A DNA stretch of 63,998 nucleotides, the filler included, from Blastocystis sp. subtype 4 (lineage: Eukaryota), in NCBI RefSeq assembly GCF_000743755.1. It is 7 parts of 7 records of this genome, joined end to end, with 100 filler letters (N's around TTAATTAATTAA, not from the genome) between each part and the next. Parts side by side here need not be neighbours in the genome. Positions count along the whole stretch, not along the records: positions 17,000 to 36,991 come from NW_014569138.1; positions 37,092 to 43,949 come from NW_014569137.1; 5 more parts are not named here. One strand, 5' to 3'. Positions 30,033 to 44,049 of the stretch are shown here, piece after piece. The notes below the pieces were generated by a model. It saw nothing but the letters and a program-made list of their open reading frames with translations. It was not told where the DNA came from and did no database searches. A program made the translations under genes and the position numbers. Every line of letters begins with the position of its first letter. Positions within the stretch are counted from its first letter, which is position 1.

Positions 30033-33000
30033 TTACCAAGCCTTCTTTCGTTCTGGTTCTTTGACCTCTTCTCCTTCATTCTTTGAGCTCGGTATTCTCT
30101 GCATCGAATCCTTTAGTATCGAACTCGTCATGATATCCTCTCGCTCAATTGGGAACTTGAGATCAGGATCAAAGGAAGAGAAGTCAAAGTACTTATCACC
30201 CAGATTCTTACGCACTTCACGTACCAACTGATCCATACTCTTCAGTTCATACATGTGTGTCTGTTGCTTCTCTCCCTCACGTACCTGGTCTGACACTGTC
30301 TGGTACTCCTTCGCCAATACATCGTGCAAAGTCTCCAAATCCTTCATTGGAATCTTGATATGGCCTTCTGAATCGAATACATGGTCATAAGGAACACGCA
30401 GGTTACCTTTCGCATCACGAAGTGTGTTCCAATCGATCAATGGCTCAGACTGAGTGGATGGGACCTTAGGTAACCACTCCTTCATCAGAGGTATCTCATA
30501 CCAATTATAGTTACAATAGGATTCCTTCAACGACACGGGCAAGGAAGGATAGAACTCCAAAGCTCGTATCTCCTCCAAATTCTCGCCTTTATTCGGCTTT
30601 TCATCTCCAATCCAGTACATTTCCAACTCTTTCTGCTTCTCTTGTGAAGAATCAAAATGATTCTTGTGATCGTATCCAAATCGATCCCAGCCATCATTCA
30701 CCTCCTGAAGTGAATGCAAATCTCGTCCATAGTAGTCATCCCAGTACTCTGAATCATCTTCCTGTCCCTCATGATACCGAACTGTTCCATCCTGGANNNN
30801 NNNNNNNNNNNNNNNNNNNNNNNNNNNNNNNNNNNNNNNNNNCGTGCTTGTAAAGCAAACTCACGATTAGGATCAATCTCAGGAAGGAGTCTGAACACAT
30901 GAAGAACATCATCCCACCGGTCTTGTCTCTCATACAATTCCTCTGCAGCTACGAGATGGAGATAAGGATCTGTTGGATCTAAGGACAAAGCCTTCTGAAT
31001 GAGCTCTTCAGCATAATCAAAGTGATGACGACGGGAAGCGATACTGTAAATAAGTATGAGAGAATCATTCCTTACACAGCCTTATCAGCAAGGAGACGTG
31101 GCATCATATGTGTAGCTGTTTCATATGGGTCATTCGCTCTCATCGACTCTACAATATCCAGACCATTACGACCTTGAATTCGTTCTTCTGATTCAGCAAA
31201 GACCATTCGTCCATTTCTCATGGTTACTTCAGATTGATACTCATCTGATTCCTGATAACATTTCTCTAATCACCTACCAATCAACACATCCAGTATCTTT
31301 GAGGCTTCATCCAGCTCATTACACTCGATACACATCTATTCGTCATCTCTCAATCTTTCTCCTACACGAATCACAGAACGAGCGAGATCATCACTTGGCA
31401 TGATATTGTACGCTCTTCTGAACATCTCTCGAGCTCCTTCATATTCGTCCAACTCTTCCAGAAACTCAGCATATTGAGCCAACAGAAGAGCATTGTCTGT
31501 GATATGCTGAATGGCCTGATCATAAACATAGTTCAGAATACGAGGATCGCTGCCTTCACAGGCTGCTAACAAGTACTCATAAGTAAAGACTGATGTGGGT
31601 TGAGCTTGAATCATATCATTAATGGCACAAAAAGCTTTGATTTCAGACATACCATAAATAGTACCTGTTTTGTAATCTTTGTTCCGAAGTAAAGCCCCAA
31701 CATAATGAGAACTGATAGCTCGAGATGAAGGGAATTTGCTAACCGCCTCAGCAGCCACTTTCTGATACAAATCCAATAATCCACGATCTCGAAGAAACTC
31801 CAAGTAATCCTAGAATGAAACTCCCACTCCATATCATACTATCCAGATCTGTGGTTCATTACCATCATTATCAACCATGTATTGAAACATTTCCAAAGCA
31901 GAATCTCGTCCATCTCGTAACTCACTTAACTCTGCTAACATGTGTATTGCATCTGGCTTCGTTGATGGATCTCGAAGCGCCTGCTTGATAGCTTCTGTGC
32001 TCTCAGGAATGGCATTCACGAACTAAGAGAGAGAGTCATTTCATATCCTACGTAATAATACTTAGCTAACTCCAATTGAAGTGTTCCTGCTCCCTTTGGA
32101 CCATCATATGTCTTTAGTGAAGTTTTTAGACTAAGAGTGATTCGCATCTCTTTCACTCACATCTGGATAGCCTTATCAATGTATCCCCTATCAGCCTCAC
32201 GACGAGCCCAGGACTATACGTCACTCCACTCACTCATTCTCACTATCACAGCACTTGGCTTCTTACCGATTATCTGAACTGCTGTGGCGTAGGAGTCACG
32301 CATTGCTGCTCGCTCATCTCGATGGTCCAAATAGATCAGATCCTCCCAACTCACTGGCTTTGATGGTGCCTCCTCTTCTCTCGACACACGAGACGCTCTT
32401 GACGCTCTCGCATTCTTGGAAGAGACACTCTGAAGATCATCATGAGTAGCATTTGTTCGATCCTTTAATTGTTTCAGAATCTTTGCGTACTTCTGAAGTG
32501 ATTTCCCATCACCCTACACACATCACACAAGAGACGGGGATATACAGCTCTCTCTTCCACGAGACACAAATCAGAAACAATACTGGTGTCATACGGATAC
32601 AAACGATACACTAATCCTCACAAAACAACAAAACAATCACATTCCTTCAGAATGAAACGAGCTTCATCAAAATGACGTGTTTTCATCTCCAAATAAGCAC
32701 AGGCACGCAAATGAGGAAGATCCACAGCTTTCTACCTTTCAGACACTATTGCATATAATACAGCAGTTTTCATATAGCGACGAGAACGATTCAAATCATT
32801 TCCAAACTCTGAACGAGCAATTCGTCGCGAACTACAATCTCGTTCTTTCGATATTCACTTACTTATCCATCACATCTGTTATTTTAATTGGATCCTCTTT
32901 TTCTACAACACCCTCCAAAGTCATGTAGTCTGGCTCATTCTCCAATTTCTTATCAGAAGCAATTGAAGCAGATTCATCCATAGATGAAACACTACCATTG

Positions 33001-33174
33001 GTCTCACTATAGAAACGACGACCATCCAAGTGGATGTATCTCCTTACAGGAAGTATGGAAGCAACATCTACAATCTATTACTCCATTTTCAAGCAGATTA
33101 CTTGTTGCTTGTGAGATTGCTCGAATTGTTCCAATCAACTGCTTCGATCTTCTTGCAGACTGGAGTAACGACAT
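30033..33174 (-). CDS. TPR-repeat protein with a possible mitochondrion-related-organelle presequence
   Basis: Multi-exon; TPR-like LLAQYAEFLEELDEYEGAREMFRRAYNIMP and ALSLDPTDPYLHLVAAE; N-terminus MSLLQSARRSKQLIGTIRAIS. Contains an internal N gap. Confidence 0.55.
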
Positions 33175-33321
33175 TCGCTCAAATCGATACAAGAAGCAGT
33201 ATTCTCCGAATAAAGAAGACTGGAACTGATGAACTGAGAATAGTATTTATTTCCTATAGAATTGGGTTNNNNNNNNNNNNNNNNNNNNNNNNNNNNGTGC
33301 CATTTGAATAATCGAAAACCA

Positions 33322-33940
33322 ATGCCTGTATGTGTTGAATTTGTTAGATTTGATTTGGATTGGTGTTTCTAACCTTTCTGTAGATTCACTACTATCACGT
33401 TGTTGGTCGTCGTCTTCCTACTGAAAACGATCCTGAGCCTGAGATTTACAGAATGAGACTGTTTGCTCCTAATCCTGTGACTGCAAAGTCTCGTTACTGG
33501 TATTTCATGCACAGACTTGAGAAGATGAAGAGTGGAACTGGTGAGATTCTGGCTGTGAATGAGGTAAGTGGTTTGTGTTGAGTTTGAGTTGTGTGTAGAT
33601 TCACGAGAAGGGAGTCGAAGTGAAGAACTATGGAATCTGGCTGCGTTACAATTCTCGTTCTGGAACTCATAACATGTACAAGGAGTATCGTGATACGACT
33701 CTGTTGGGTGCTGTGAAGCAGTGTTATCAGGAGATGGCTGGAACTCATCGTGCTCGTGATCGTTCTATCCAAATCATCAAGACTGCTGTGGTTCCTAATG
33801 AAGAGTTGAGAAGACATCAGAATGTGATGTACACTCACGAGAATCTGAAGTTCGCTCTTCCTCATCGTCAGTATCGTGCTGAGTCAAAGAAGTTCAAGTC
33901 AACGTTCCTGGCTAAGAAACCTTGCACTTTCCGTGGATAA
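33322..33940 (+). CDS. RPL18A: 60S ribosomal protein L18a (eL20)
   Basis: [20 protein letters not shown]...[24 protein letters not shown]. Confidence 0.95.
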
Positions 33941-34083
33941 GGAGGCATTGGCGAAACGGCCTGTGTGTAGTTGGTAGAATGGACTTGATTATACTTTGTT
34001 TTTTGGTGATAAATTCTGTTCTTTACAGGAAATTGATCATTATATGATGTTTCCCTGTTTCCACGTTATTGTTGTTTTTAACA

Positions 34084-35351
34084 ATGCTTTCTCACTGTGG
34101 TCGTGTATGTCTATTCTGGTTGTTATGAGTTTTATAGCGAGTTATTGTGAGATCTTTCTCTTGTGCTGCAAGTAGTGATCGTTTGAACGCCCTTCGAGTT
34201 CTTTTCCATTTCGTTTGTTTACTTTATAGAATGAGCTAAAGAGTGGCCCTGATCTTGGGGACTTTATGGATAAGGGCAAAACCAATCCAGCTTCATGCAC
34301 AACACCTGATCCAAAGAAAAAACAAGTCCGAAAGAGACTTCCTCCATGGTTAAAAGCCGAATTACCTTCTGGAGAGAACTATGAGCATCTTCTGAAGACG
34401 GTAAGAAAACTGAAACTCGCTACAGTTTGTGAAGAGGCAAAATGTCCGAATATTGGTGAGTGTTGGGGAGGGAAAGATGGCATTGCTACTGCAACGATTA
34501 TGTTGATGGGAGATACATGTACTCGAGGATGCAAATTCTGTAACACTAAAACATGTAGTAACCCTCCTCCTCTCGATGAGAATGTTTTCTTTTTTCTTGT
34601 GTATCACTTGTAGGAGCCTGTAAACGTTGCTCAAGCTATTGCTGAATGGGGACTAGATTATGTGGTCCTAACTTCAGTCGATCGTGACGATCTTCCTGAT
34701 TATGGAGCAGCCCATATTGCAAAAACGATTTCTGAGTTAAAGCGTCTTTCCAAGAAGAAGATTATTATTGAATGTTTGACCCCTGATTTCAACGGAGTGA
34801 AAGAATGCATTCATCAGGTAGCAGACAGTGGGCTGAATGTATTTGCCCATAATATCGAAACAATCGAACGTCTTACTGTGAGTACATAGTTTGCTGTCTT
34901 ATCCTCAGCCTTTTGTTCGGGATCCTCGTGCTCACTACAGACAATCTCTCTCAGTCCTTGAAATTGCGAAAGATCATAATCCAAAACTTCTTACGAAGAC
35001 ATCGATCATGTTGGGATTGGGTGAGACTCGAGAGGAAGTGATATTGAATGGAGTGAATGATAGATAGATCATTCAGTGTCTGAAGGATATTCGTAACAGT
35101 GGAATCGATATCGTAACGTTTGGTCAGTATCTCAGACCAACTAAGAACCATCTTCCCGTGAAGCGATATGTCGAACCTAAAGAGTTTGATGAATGGAAGG
35201 AGTATGGAGAGAATATGGGTTTTAAATATGTTGCTAGCGGACCAATGATTCGGAGTAGTTATCGTGCAGGAGGTAAGCTATGTTTTCTTTCTTTTACGTA
35301 GAATTCTATTTAAAGAGTCTTGTCGAGAAAAATGAACAGCATCACGGTTGA
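34084..35351 (+). CDS. lipA: Lipoyl synthase (radical SAM)
   Basis: [60 protein letters not shown]. Confidence 0.95.
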
Positions 35352-35519
35352 GCAAATGGCATCATATTGGAATCACTTTGTTTGTTTGATTGAAATGGTT
35401 ATATTATTCATGGATCACTGGTCATGCAAGGCGTCGTTTGACAGATCTCCACTTCTTCGAACTTTCAAGACTCCTCTTGAGTGTAGATCATATTATGGAG
35501 AATATATTATCCTTCTAGA

Positions 35520-36991
35520 ATGAACTGCAATCTGAATCAAGCTGTCGTTATTGATTGTGGTACAGGGTATAGGAATCATGGATTTGGATAATGTATAGAT
35601 ATACAAAGATTGGATACGCAGGGAATAGCATCCCATCATCGATATTTCCGACTGCTGTGGCGTATCGTTCGAATGTGGATATGATGATATGAAATGATTT
35701 TTAGAAGCGAAGTGATCGATTGTTTCAAAGTCTCGAAGACCTTGATTACTTGGTTGGTGAGAAAGCCTTTGGTCATAGTAATTACATTCCTACATATCCA
35801 ATTCAACATGGAATCATTCAAGATTGGAATAGCATGGAAAAGCTTTTCGATTATTCGTTGTACCAAGAACTGCGTTGTAACCCCGAAGATCACTATTTCT
35901 TGATTACTGAACCATTCAATAATACACCAGTAATGAAATAGGGTGTATCTGAAGAGTAGGAGAATCGTGAATACACAGCTGAAGTGATGTTTGAGACATT
36001 CAATGCTCCAGGTATTTATATTGCAACTCAAGCAGTTTTGTGTTTATATGCAAATGAGTTATCGAGTAAGAGTAGTTCTCCTGTGAGTGTTGTATGAATG
36101 AATGATGATTAGATGGATTCAGGAGTATGTGGAGTGGTAGTGGATGCAGGAGAAGGAGGTACCTCGATTATTCCTGTGGTAGGTGTTGAGTGTGAGATTG
36201 ATAGTAGTCTGAAGGTTATGTGTTGGGTGCTGGTGTGAAGACTCTTCCTCTTGGTGGTCGTGATATATCAGAGTTCATTCTACGTCGTATTCGAGAACGT
36301 GGTGAAGCTGTTCCTTCTGAGGATGTGATGGAGACAGTTCGATACATCAAGGAGAATCTGTGTTATTGTTGTGGGAATGTGATGAAAGAGTTTATGGCAT
36401 TTGATGAGGATCGTTCTCGCTTCAAGGAATACAGTGGAGTGAATAGTCGGACAGGTCAGGTAGAATTGATTAAATGAACTGAGAGAAAGAGTTGGCGAAT
36501 GGATGTGGGGTATGAACAATTCTTGGCTCCTGAACTGTTCTTCAATCCAGAAATCCTGAATCCAGAATACACAACTCCTTTAGCGAATCTAGTGGATCAG
36601 ACAATCATGCATTGTCCTGTGGATACTCGTCGTGGTTTGTATAGTAACATTGTAGTAGCAGGAGGTTCAACCAAGTTCAAAGGATTTGATAAACGTTTAC
36701 AGCGTGACTTGAATCGCTTGGTGAAGAGTCGATATGAAGCGAATATAAAAGCAGTAAAAGAGAAACTTGCTGGAAATGTTGAAGTACAAGGAAAACAAAT
36801 GGAAGTGTGTGTGAATGGTTCAAAGAAACGAGAGATTGCAAGTTGGTTAGGAGGAAGTTATGTGGCTTCTCAGGTATATGTTGATAGAATGAATTGATGA
36901 ATAGAATGAATTCTATTCGGCTTGTGTGAGTCGAGCTGAGTATGAAGAGAAAGGAGCCAAAGTGGCTCGAAAGAATGCGTTGATCAAAGTG
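35520..36991 (+). CDS. ARP3: Actin-related protein 3 (last codons truncated)
   Basis: [72 protein letters not shown]. Confidence 0.93.
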
Positions 36992-37091
36992 NNNNNNNNN
37001 NNNNNNNNNNNNNNNNNNNNNNNNNNNNNNNNNNNTTAATTAATTAANNNNNNNNNNNNNNNNNNNNNNNNNNNNNNNNNNNNNNNNNNNN
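36992..37091. other. Artificial contig linker
   Basis: N-TTAATTAATTAA-N, 100 nt. Confidence 0.97.
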
Positions 37092-37254
37092 ATAGTTGCT
37101 GGGAGTATCCACTCCCTACACATAAGAATCTCATTCCAGAACCAAAAATACCTTCTCCACAATCAGCGAAGGAGCACACTGAGCAATAGCGATAATCAGG
37201 AAAAACAGAGATAAACAATTCTAAGGATGAAGAGGCAAAATCACTCCATACCAT
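37092..37254 (-). CDS. 5' end of a signal-peptide protein (possibly TRAP-beta-like), truncated
   Basis: ATG|intron|NCLSLFFLIIAIAQCAPSLIVEK|intron|GVDTPSNY. Confidence 0.35.
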
Positions 37255-37659
37255 GTTACGGAAAAGATGAATAATGTACAAGAAGATGTGTTCTTATGAA
37301 GAAAAGCGTATTTGAGAGATCAGCTGTATAGTGATTCTTGATAATCATCATATTAAGGAACAGTAATCTCATGATAGGAACACTAAGGAGACTTGATAGA
37401 CTGACTAGATGAGATCCACTGAGCCAAGAAGAATAATGGGAGGAATTGGCACTTATAGAAACCGACTGTCGTCTTTTTTGCCTTGTAGTTTAGCTCATCA
37501 ACTTCACAGTGACTTGTGGGCACATTCTGAATCACTTAGGAATTGGGATTTCAGTTTTAGTTGACTTGTTATGTTACTTTGGTGTCTTATTCGAGATCTT
37601 TTGTCGTTATTTTTCATCCACATCACTGTATTAACTTCTGAAGTGTTTTAATCGTGGTA

Positions 37660-40600
37660 ATGACGACAGACGACTCGATGGAACAAGATGATAATGGAAC
37701 AATAGAAAGTATAGAAGTTCGAGATTTTATGTGCCACAGAAACCAAAAATGGCACTTCTCCCCTCATATGACGTTCATTACAGGACCTAATGGTAGTGGA
37801 AAGAGTGCAATCCTCACTGCATTACAGGTAAGTTGACAATGAATAGAAATAATGATATTAGGTTGCTTTTGGTGTTCGAGCAAATGTAACTGGAAGAGCA
37901 AATCGTTTTGAGCAACTAATTCGAAAAGGATCCAATGGTCCTGCCATTGTTCGAGTGTCAATTCGAAATACTGGTCCAAATGCGTATAAGTTCTTGGAAT
38001 ACGGCAACCGAGTGATTGTAGAGCGTTCGATTAAGAAGACAACCAATTCTATTAAACTATACAGCGCAGAGTGAGGACAAGAGGGAGAGTTCATGAATAG
38101 TGGATCGGTGATATCAGATCGCAAGAAGGATATTGTTGATATGCTAAAACATTTCAATATCAAAGTGGACAATCCTCTCGTGTTTATGGAGCAAACAACA
38201 ATGAAGCAATTCATTCAAGGCGATGAAAAAGCCAAATATGATGTTTTGATGCAAGCATTGAACTTCAAGTCGTTGGAACAGAATTTCAAAGTAACAGAAG
38301 GAAATCTGCTAACAATGAATGAGACTCTGAAGCGTTACAAGGATGTGGAATTGGGAAGAAAGCGAGAAGAACGCGATAAAGCAAAAGAAGAATTAAAAGC
38401 TGTGGAGCACTTGCAGAGTCGTCAAGAACAAATTGTGGAATTGGAACGACGAGTTGCATGGGCTGATGTCCAAGAGTATGAAAGCGAGATTGATGGATTG
38501 GAGCATGAGATCCAGCAGTTAAATGACACAATGCAAGTACTTCGGGATGAGATCGAAAAAGATCAAGCCAAATTGAAGGAGCTGGAGACTGCATCAGATC
38601 AGTTTCAGCAGCAGTTGAATGGAATTATGAATGATTTGAGTCTCCAGATGGAAGAGGGGAAGAAGATGGAGGTGGAGATGCAAGCTGTAATTGGTCCCCG
38701 TGATGACGCAGATGTGAGGATCCGCGAAAAAACCTATCAGCGCTCTCAATTAATGCGTACGATTGATAGTTGTCGATTGCAAGTGGAGAAGTTAAGTCAT
38801 GAGATGGCAGAACTAGCAAATAACACAAGCAAGAAGCAGGAGATTGATACGATCCAAGGGAGAATAACAGATATAACAGCTAAGCAGCGACCAATTCAGG
38901 AAACAGTAACCAAACTAGAAACAGAAAAAGCAGATCTTGAGAGACAATTGGATGGACTCATGTCCCGTTTACAAGAAGCGATCAATGAGACACAGACTGC
39001 AGGAAGACGAGTACAGAAGGATCGATCAAGAGAACAAGAATTGATAAGAGCTCGTCAGGATGCAAACAATCGATATGGAACGAGAATGGCAGAGCTAATG
39101 AATCTCATAAAACAAACTCGCTTTCAACAACCAGTATTTGGTCCTGTAGGTCGCTTTATTCATGTGAAGCAACAGTACAAGGATTGGATTCCTGCTCTCG
39201 AGATGTTTCTGGATCGATTTCTCTCCAGTGTGATTGTGGCTCAAAATACAACGGATGGTCAGATAGTACGTCGTTTGATCAATCAATTAGGAATCTTTGG
39301 ATGTAATGTGGTGGAAGTCGATTACCGAGGAGACTTGGTATTGGATCCTGCATTGATGGTAGATCCGAAATACTTAACTTTTTTTGACATTGTGGAATTT
39401 GATAATCCAGTGGTGAAAAAGGCAGTGATTATCCAAACAGGATTAGAACGACGAATACTATGTGAGAGTCGTCAAGAAGTTCAAAAGATTACAGGAATTG
39501 GAGTGAATCAGAAGGTACCAAAGAATTGTCATTCATTTGTTTTGAGGAATGGAGATACAGTCAGGATTGTTCAAGGGCGTTCTTCGTATATTTCAAATGT
39601 AAAACGACCTAATGGTGTATTGCAGCCAAGTCTGGATACTGTATTGGAACAACTGAAGATCACTCTTCAGGATGACGAGAAGCAATATCAGGAGTACCAA
39701 ATGGCTGAAGAAGCTGTGAAACGGGAACGAGCTCTACTTGCAGAGAAGTTATCACATGTGGATAGTACGATGAAGAAAGAGAAGAAGAATTTGAATGAAT
39801 TGGGACGAAGTGTGAGTACTATGCAACGAAGGTTGGATCAGTTGATTGCTGAGGATGAGGAAAGTGAGTTAGTGGGACTTCGTGAACAGCAACAACAGAT
39901 AGAAGAAACCATTTCTCATACTGAAGCGGATGTACGTCAGATTGATAGTGATATTGTTACTCTGAAAGCTCAACGTGAGGCCCAAGAAGCCTTAATGGGT
40001 CCTTTGAATGAACGTCGGGAGACCTTGCGTAAGCGGATTGCAGATACGCAGATGAAGGCCCGACAAGCTCGTTCTCGTATGGATGTGGCTACAGAGAGAG
40101 TCAAGCTGGAAGCTCATATTCAGAAATCGAATGATGGTCTGGAGCACTTAGCAGCAAGCAAACGTGAGAAGGAAAAGATTATAGAACAACAGAAGAAGAT
40201 TGTTAGAGAATCCATTCAAGTGTTGAAAGAAGAGACTCGTGTGAAGGAGAAACTGAATAAGCGAGCATGTGAAGCTGAATTACGCAAATACAAGGCTGAT
40301 TTGAATACGGCGTTGGAATTGCTGGGTGTTCAAGACTTGGAGAAATTGAATCACACATTTGAAGAGAAACAGGCTGCATTCAAACGGAGTGCAAAAGAGT
40401 ATGAAACAGTGAAGGAAGAAGGTTTGGAAATGGAACGATTGGACAAGCGTCAACGTTTATCCTACAATCAATTGAGGAATGAGGCTCAACAACAGATCTG
40501 TTTACGATTTACACAGTTTCTGTCTCAACGAAAAGCTGAAGGAATTGTGTCTATTGATCATCAATCAAAGGAAGTCTCGTTAAAAGTGAAAATGGATAGT

Positions 40601-40933
40601 TACAATGAGGTAGCTGCTTCTCAAGTCAGTAACATTCGTGTATTGTCGGGAGGTGAAAAGTCATTTGTGACTCTGTCTTTGATTATGGCAACAGCGCACA
40701 TCATCGAATCTCCATTCTTCATTATGGATGAATTTGATGTGTTTATGGATGAAGCAAATCGACATGTATCCTTAATGACCATTATCCAGACGGCAAGAGA
40801 GGAAAGAAAACAATTTATTTTCATTACACCTCACAATCTAGAAACTGTAGTAAAGGAAATGGAGCGAGATGGAAAGAATAGTGATATTCAGATTGTAACA
40901 TTAGCAGATCATCAGCATGGAAGACAAAGGTAG
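37660..40933 (+). CDS. SMC6: Structural maintenance of chromosomes protein 6
   Basis: FMCH...ITGPNGSGKSAILTAL, coiled coils with hinge GPVGRFI, LSGGEKSF, MDEFDVFMD, FIFITP. Confidence 0.93.
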
Positions 40934-41049
40934 TAGACTATTGTTTGTTAGTCGAAATAAAAAAATAGTCTTTAAACAAGAAAGAATAAAACCCATAATG
41001 AAAAAAAAGGAAATGTGGATGTATATTTCTGTGAATAGATGGGAGAGGC

Positions 41050-41185
41050 ATACTTACCTGGCGGGGATTCGGCTGTGATCAAGAAGACAGCTGGTCTGGG
41101 ATTGAGCAGGCCATCGCACTCTGGTGCTGTGAGATTCCAAAGCGCATAATTTTTGGGTTTGGGAGTTTGCGCTTGCGCATCTCCC
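41050..41185 (+). ncRNA. U1: U1 spliceosomal snRNA (shortened)
   Basis: 5' ATACTTACCTG; SL1 loop GATCAAGAAG (41077-86); SL2 loop ATCGCAC (41113-19); Sm site ATAATTTTTG (41146-55); SL4 GGGAG..GCG-CTTG-CGC..CTCCC. Confidence 0.93.
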
Positions 41186-41242
41186 TTTCTATAAAAGAAC
41201 ACATTTTCAAAATCCTTGAGATAGGTCCCAATATTCATAATA

Positions 41243-42065
41243 ATGAATTCATCTTTGTTCAATGATGCCACTTTGTATTTGGAGACTGCAGCAAGAGATT
41301 TTCAACGAGCGGTAGATCAACAAATAGCAACATTCAATCAGGAGAGGGATCTCCATGAACGGGCAATGGAAGAGTTGAATAGTAGCTATGATCCCTTGAA
41401 ATTCACATCTAGAAAAGATTACTTCAGTAAAGCAAACATTGAGCGAACTCGAAGAGAAGCAACATAACAAGGAAGATAATTTGAAATCGAGTATTGAAGA
41501 GATTGATATAATTCAAAAGGAGATTGAATCTTTGAAAGTAGTTGTTTTGAATTAATACCATGTGTAGCTGGAAGAAGTCCAATTAGAAAGTGAAAAACAA
41601 AAGATTCAAACTGAATTTGAAGAGAAACGTCGACGAATGGATGAAGCTAGTATTAGTAGAATTAGTGATTGGAAGTAATGGACAGTAGCCAAAGACGAAG
41701 AGCAAGATGATAAGGAATCGAAGGAACTGAGCGATGGGTTGTTAAATTACTCCAAGTACTTACAAATGTATTTCAATCGTGATGATGATGGAATGCGGAT
41801 TTCGTTTCGTTGTATTGACTCAAAGCATCCAAAGCGCCGTTTCTATGTAGTTTTAAAGATCAATCAAGAGGAAAAGTGGGAAGGTGGTGAATGGTATGTT
41901 AGATGATCATTAGTGATAAGAACAAAACCTGAACTGTCTTCGATTGGAGAATTGACGATGGTACTGAATCAGACAAATGACATTAATGCATTCTTACGGA
42001 ATGTACGAAAACAATTCCGTAGGGAATTCTGTGAGAACGAGTCTCCATTGTATTATGTTTGTTAA
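41243..42065 (+). CDS. SPC25: Kinetochore NDC80 complex subunit Spc25
   Basis: Coiled coil followed by YSKYLQM...MRISFRCIDSKHPKRRFYVVL...LNQTNDINAFLRNVRKQF. Confidence 0.75.
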
Positions 42066-42077
42066 GAAACAGAGCAT

Positions 42078-43667
42078 CTAAAAAAAGGACATATAGGTAC
42101 CAAGCACTGCAGCAAAAATACCGAAGCCTGTCAATACTACATCCAAGACTGCTAAACCACGACGCTGTTTGCCAAATTCCTTTAAATGTAACAAGGTTGG
42201 GAAGATAAAATTGACAAGAGAAGTAGCTGATGCACCCGTAATCGACACCACATTACCGAAGTTGGGCCATACATATCCAATGACAGTCATTACCAGAAGT
42301 GGGAGGACACGCGCTGCAACTCCAGGAAGATCGGTAATGAGAATGCCAGTTCGCTCCTTGGGTTCAGGTCCAGTAGATTTGGGAGCAGAATCCGAAGTAG
42401 CGCTAGCCACATCCACAACAGGAGCTTCAACAGGTGCTACTGAAGCTTCAACAGGATTCTCGACAGCTACACCACCTTCAGCTCCAGATACAGTCACTGG
42501 GGCACTGTTATTGGTATTCTCTTCAACAGTAGGCAATACCTCATTCTCTAGCAATGCATCCTTGGGAGTACCTTTACAGCCCTCTACCAATCACTCTTCA
42601 TCTCATCTCTTACGAGTAAACCATGCATCAATCGTTAATGAAGAAGGATAAACAATAATAGGCGTAATTAGTACTAGCATGGCACATAGTACAGCAGAAG
42701 AAGTATAGAAGAAAGGAGAATCTGGAGGAATATTCAACATGATAAACACATCGATCTTCTCTACCTTATTGAAGGTCAATAATCCAAGTAAACCCATTGC
42801 TACATACAGACCTAAGGCAAAAATAATGCTCAGACTGATGATGGGAGAGATTTTCTTCGGATTCTTCATCGACACATACGAAGATGGAACAAGGCAATTT
42901 ACAGCTAAACCAAAACTAAGTAAACCAAAACATTTGCCAATAGCAAATGTACTATCACCATGAAGGAATTCATTACTCCAGGTAAAACCATAATTAATTG
43001 CACCATAACTATACTTTAAAAGTCCTCTCAGTAACATACATAATAATAACAATACAACAAAGCACCATAACGATCACAGATCCCAAGGATGCAAATGAAA
43101 TTGAACTATCGTTTATCCATGAAATCAAAGTATACCTTAAACTACGAAGTAAACAGAGAGGAATCTCAACAATCAAGAAGATGATCGTCCAGAATCGGTA
43201 GTCTCCGAAGAGTTTTTTGCAGAATGACCAAGGCATCTTTGCCATCGAGAAGCCAAATGAGATTTGATATGATAAACCAGCTCCATACAAAGCAACAATG
43301 TAAGCAATATCGAGCAATCTAGCACCAAATATACCGAAATGCTATGAATAACTCATCTGCAATTGTAAACTACATTCTGCATCAACCGTAAGTAAGGATC
43401 AGTTCCTTCTTTCATTTGTACGGGCATTGCTTTTGTAGTTTCAATGAGACAGTAACTACAGTACTTCGTCCAGAAGTATTGAAGGACAATCATAGTTAAA
43501 ACTAAGGTTACTCCAACCTAACATCACAAAAATATCATAGTATATTACATGACGAAAGTAGTATGGTAGAGCAAAGAGGACAACTCCAAGATTTGTAGTG
43601 GCCATATTTAGCCATGTCTAAATAACATCATAACAGTATTTCTCACTTGAAAATCAGTAGTAGGCAT
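42078..43667 (-). CDS. Amino acid/auxin permease (AAAP, Aa_trans) family transporter
   Basis: WLNMATTNLGVVSFALPY, IPLCLLRSLR, SMKNPKK, ITGASATSLVNFIFPTL; multiple TM helices. Confidence 0.85.
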
Positions 43668-43949
43668 TCTGTATACTAAATTCTTTTTTTATTGAAACTA
43701 TAAACACGCTATAAGATGACGCATCCAATTGCATTCAATTGGTTAATAATAATCAAGAAACCACTGATCATTTATTAGACCCAATCATTCCTTTGTTTTC
43801 TGGATTTCTATTATTTCGGTCGAGAATTGCACTCTTGGAACGTGCCTAATACTTCCTCAAAACAAACAAGAGAAATGTTACGTTTAAACATGGTCCAAAT
43901 TGCGCTTACAGAGGAATGTTTCCATGCTTCTTCCAAGGATTGGTCATCT

Positions 43950-44049
43950 NNNNNNNNNNNNNNNNNNNNNNNNNNNNNNNNNNNNNNNNNNNNTTAATTA
44001 ATTAANNNNNNNNNNNNNNNNNNNNNNNNNNNNNNNNNNNNNNNNNNNN
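43950..44049. other. Artificial contig linker
   Basis: N-TTAATTAATTAA-N, 100 nt. Confidence 0.97.

Noticed and set aside
40972..41271. 99-aa minus-strand ORF
   Set aside because: It is antisense to the U1 snRNA and the SPC25 start, with no protein motif.
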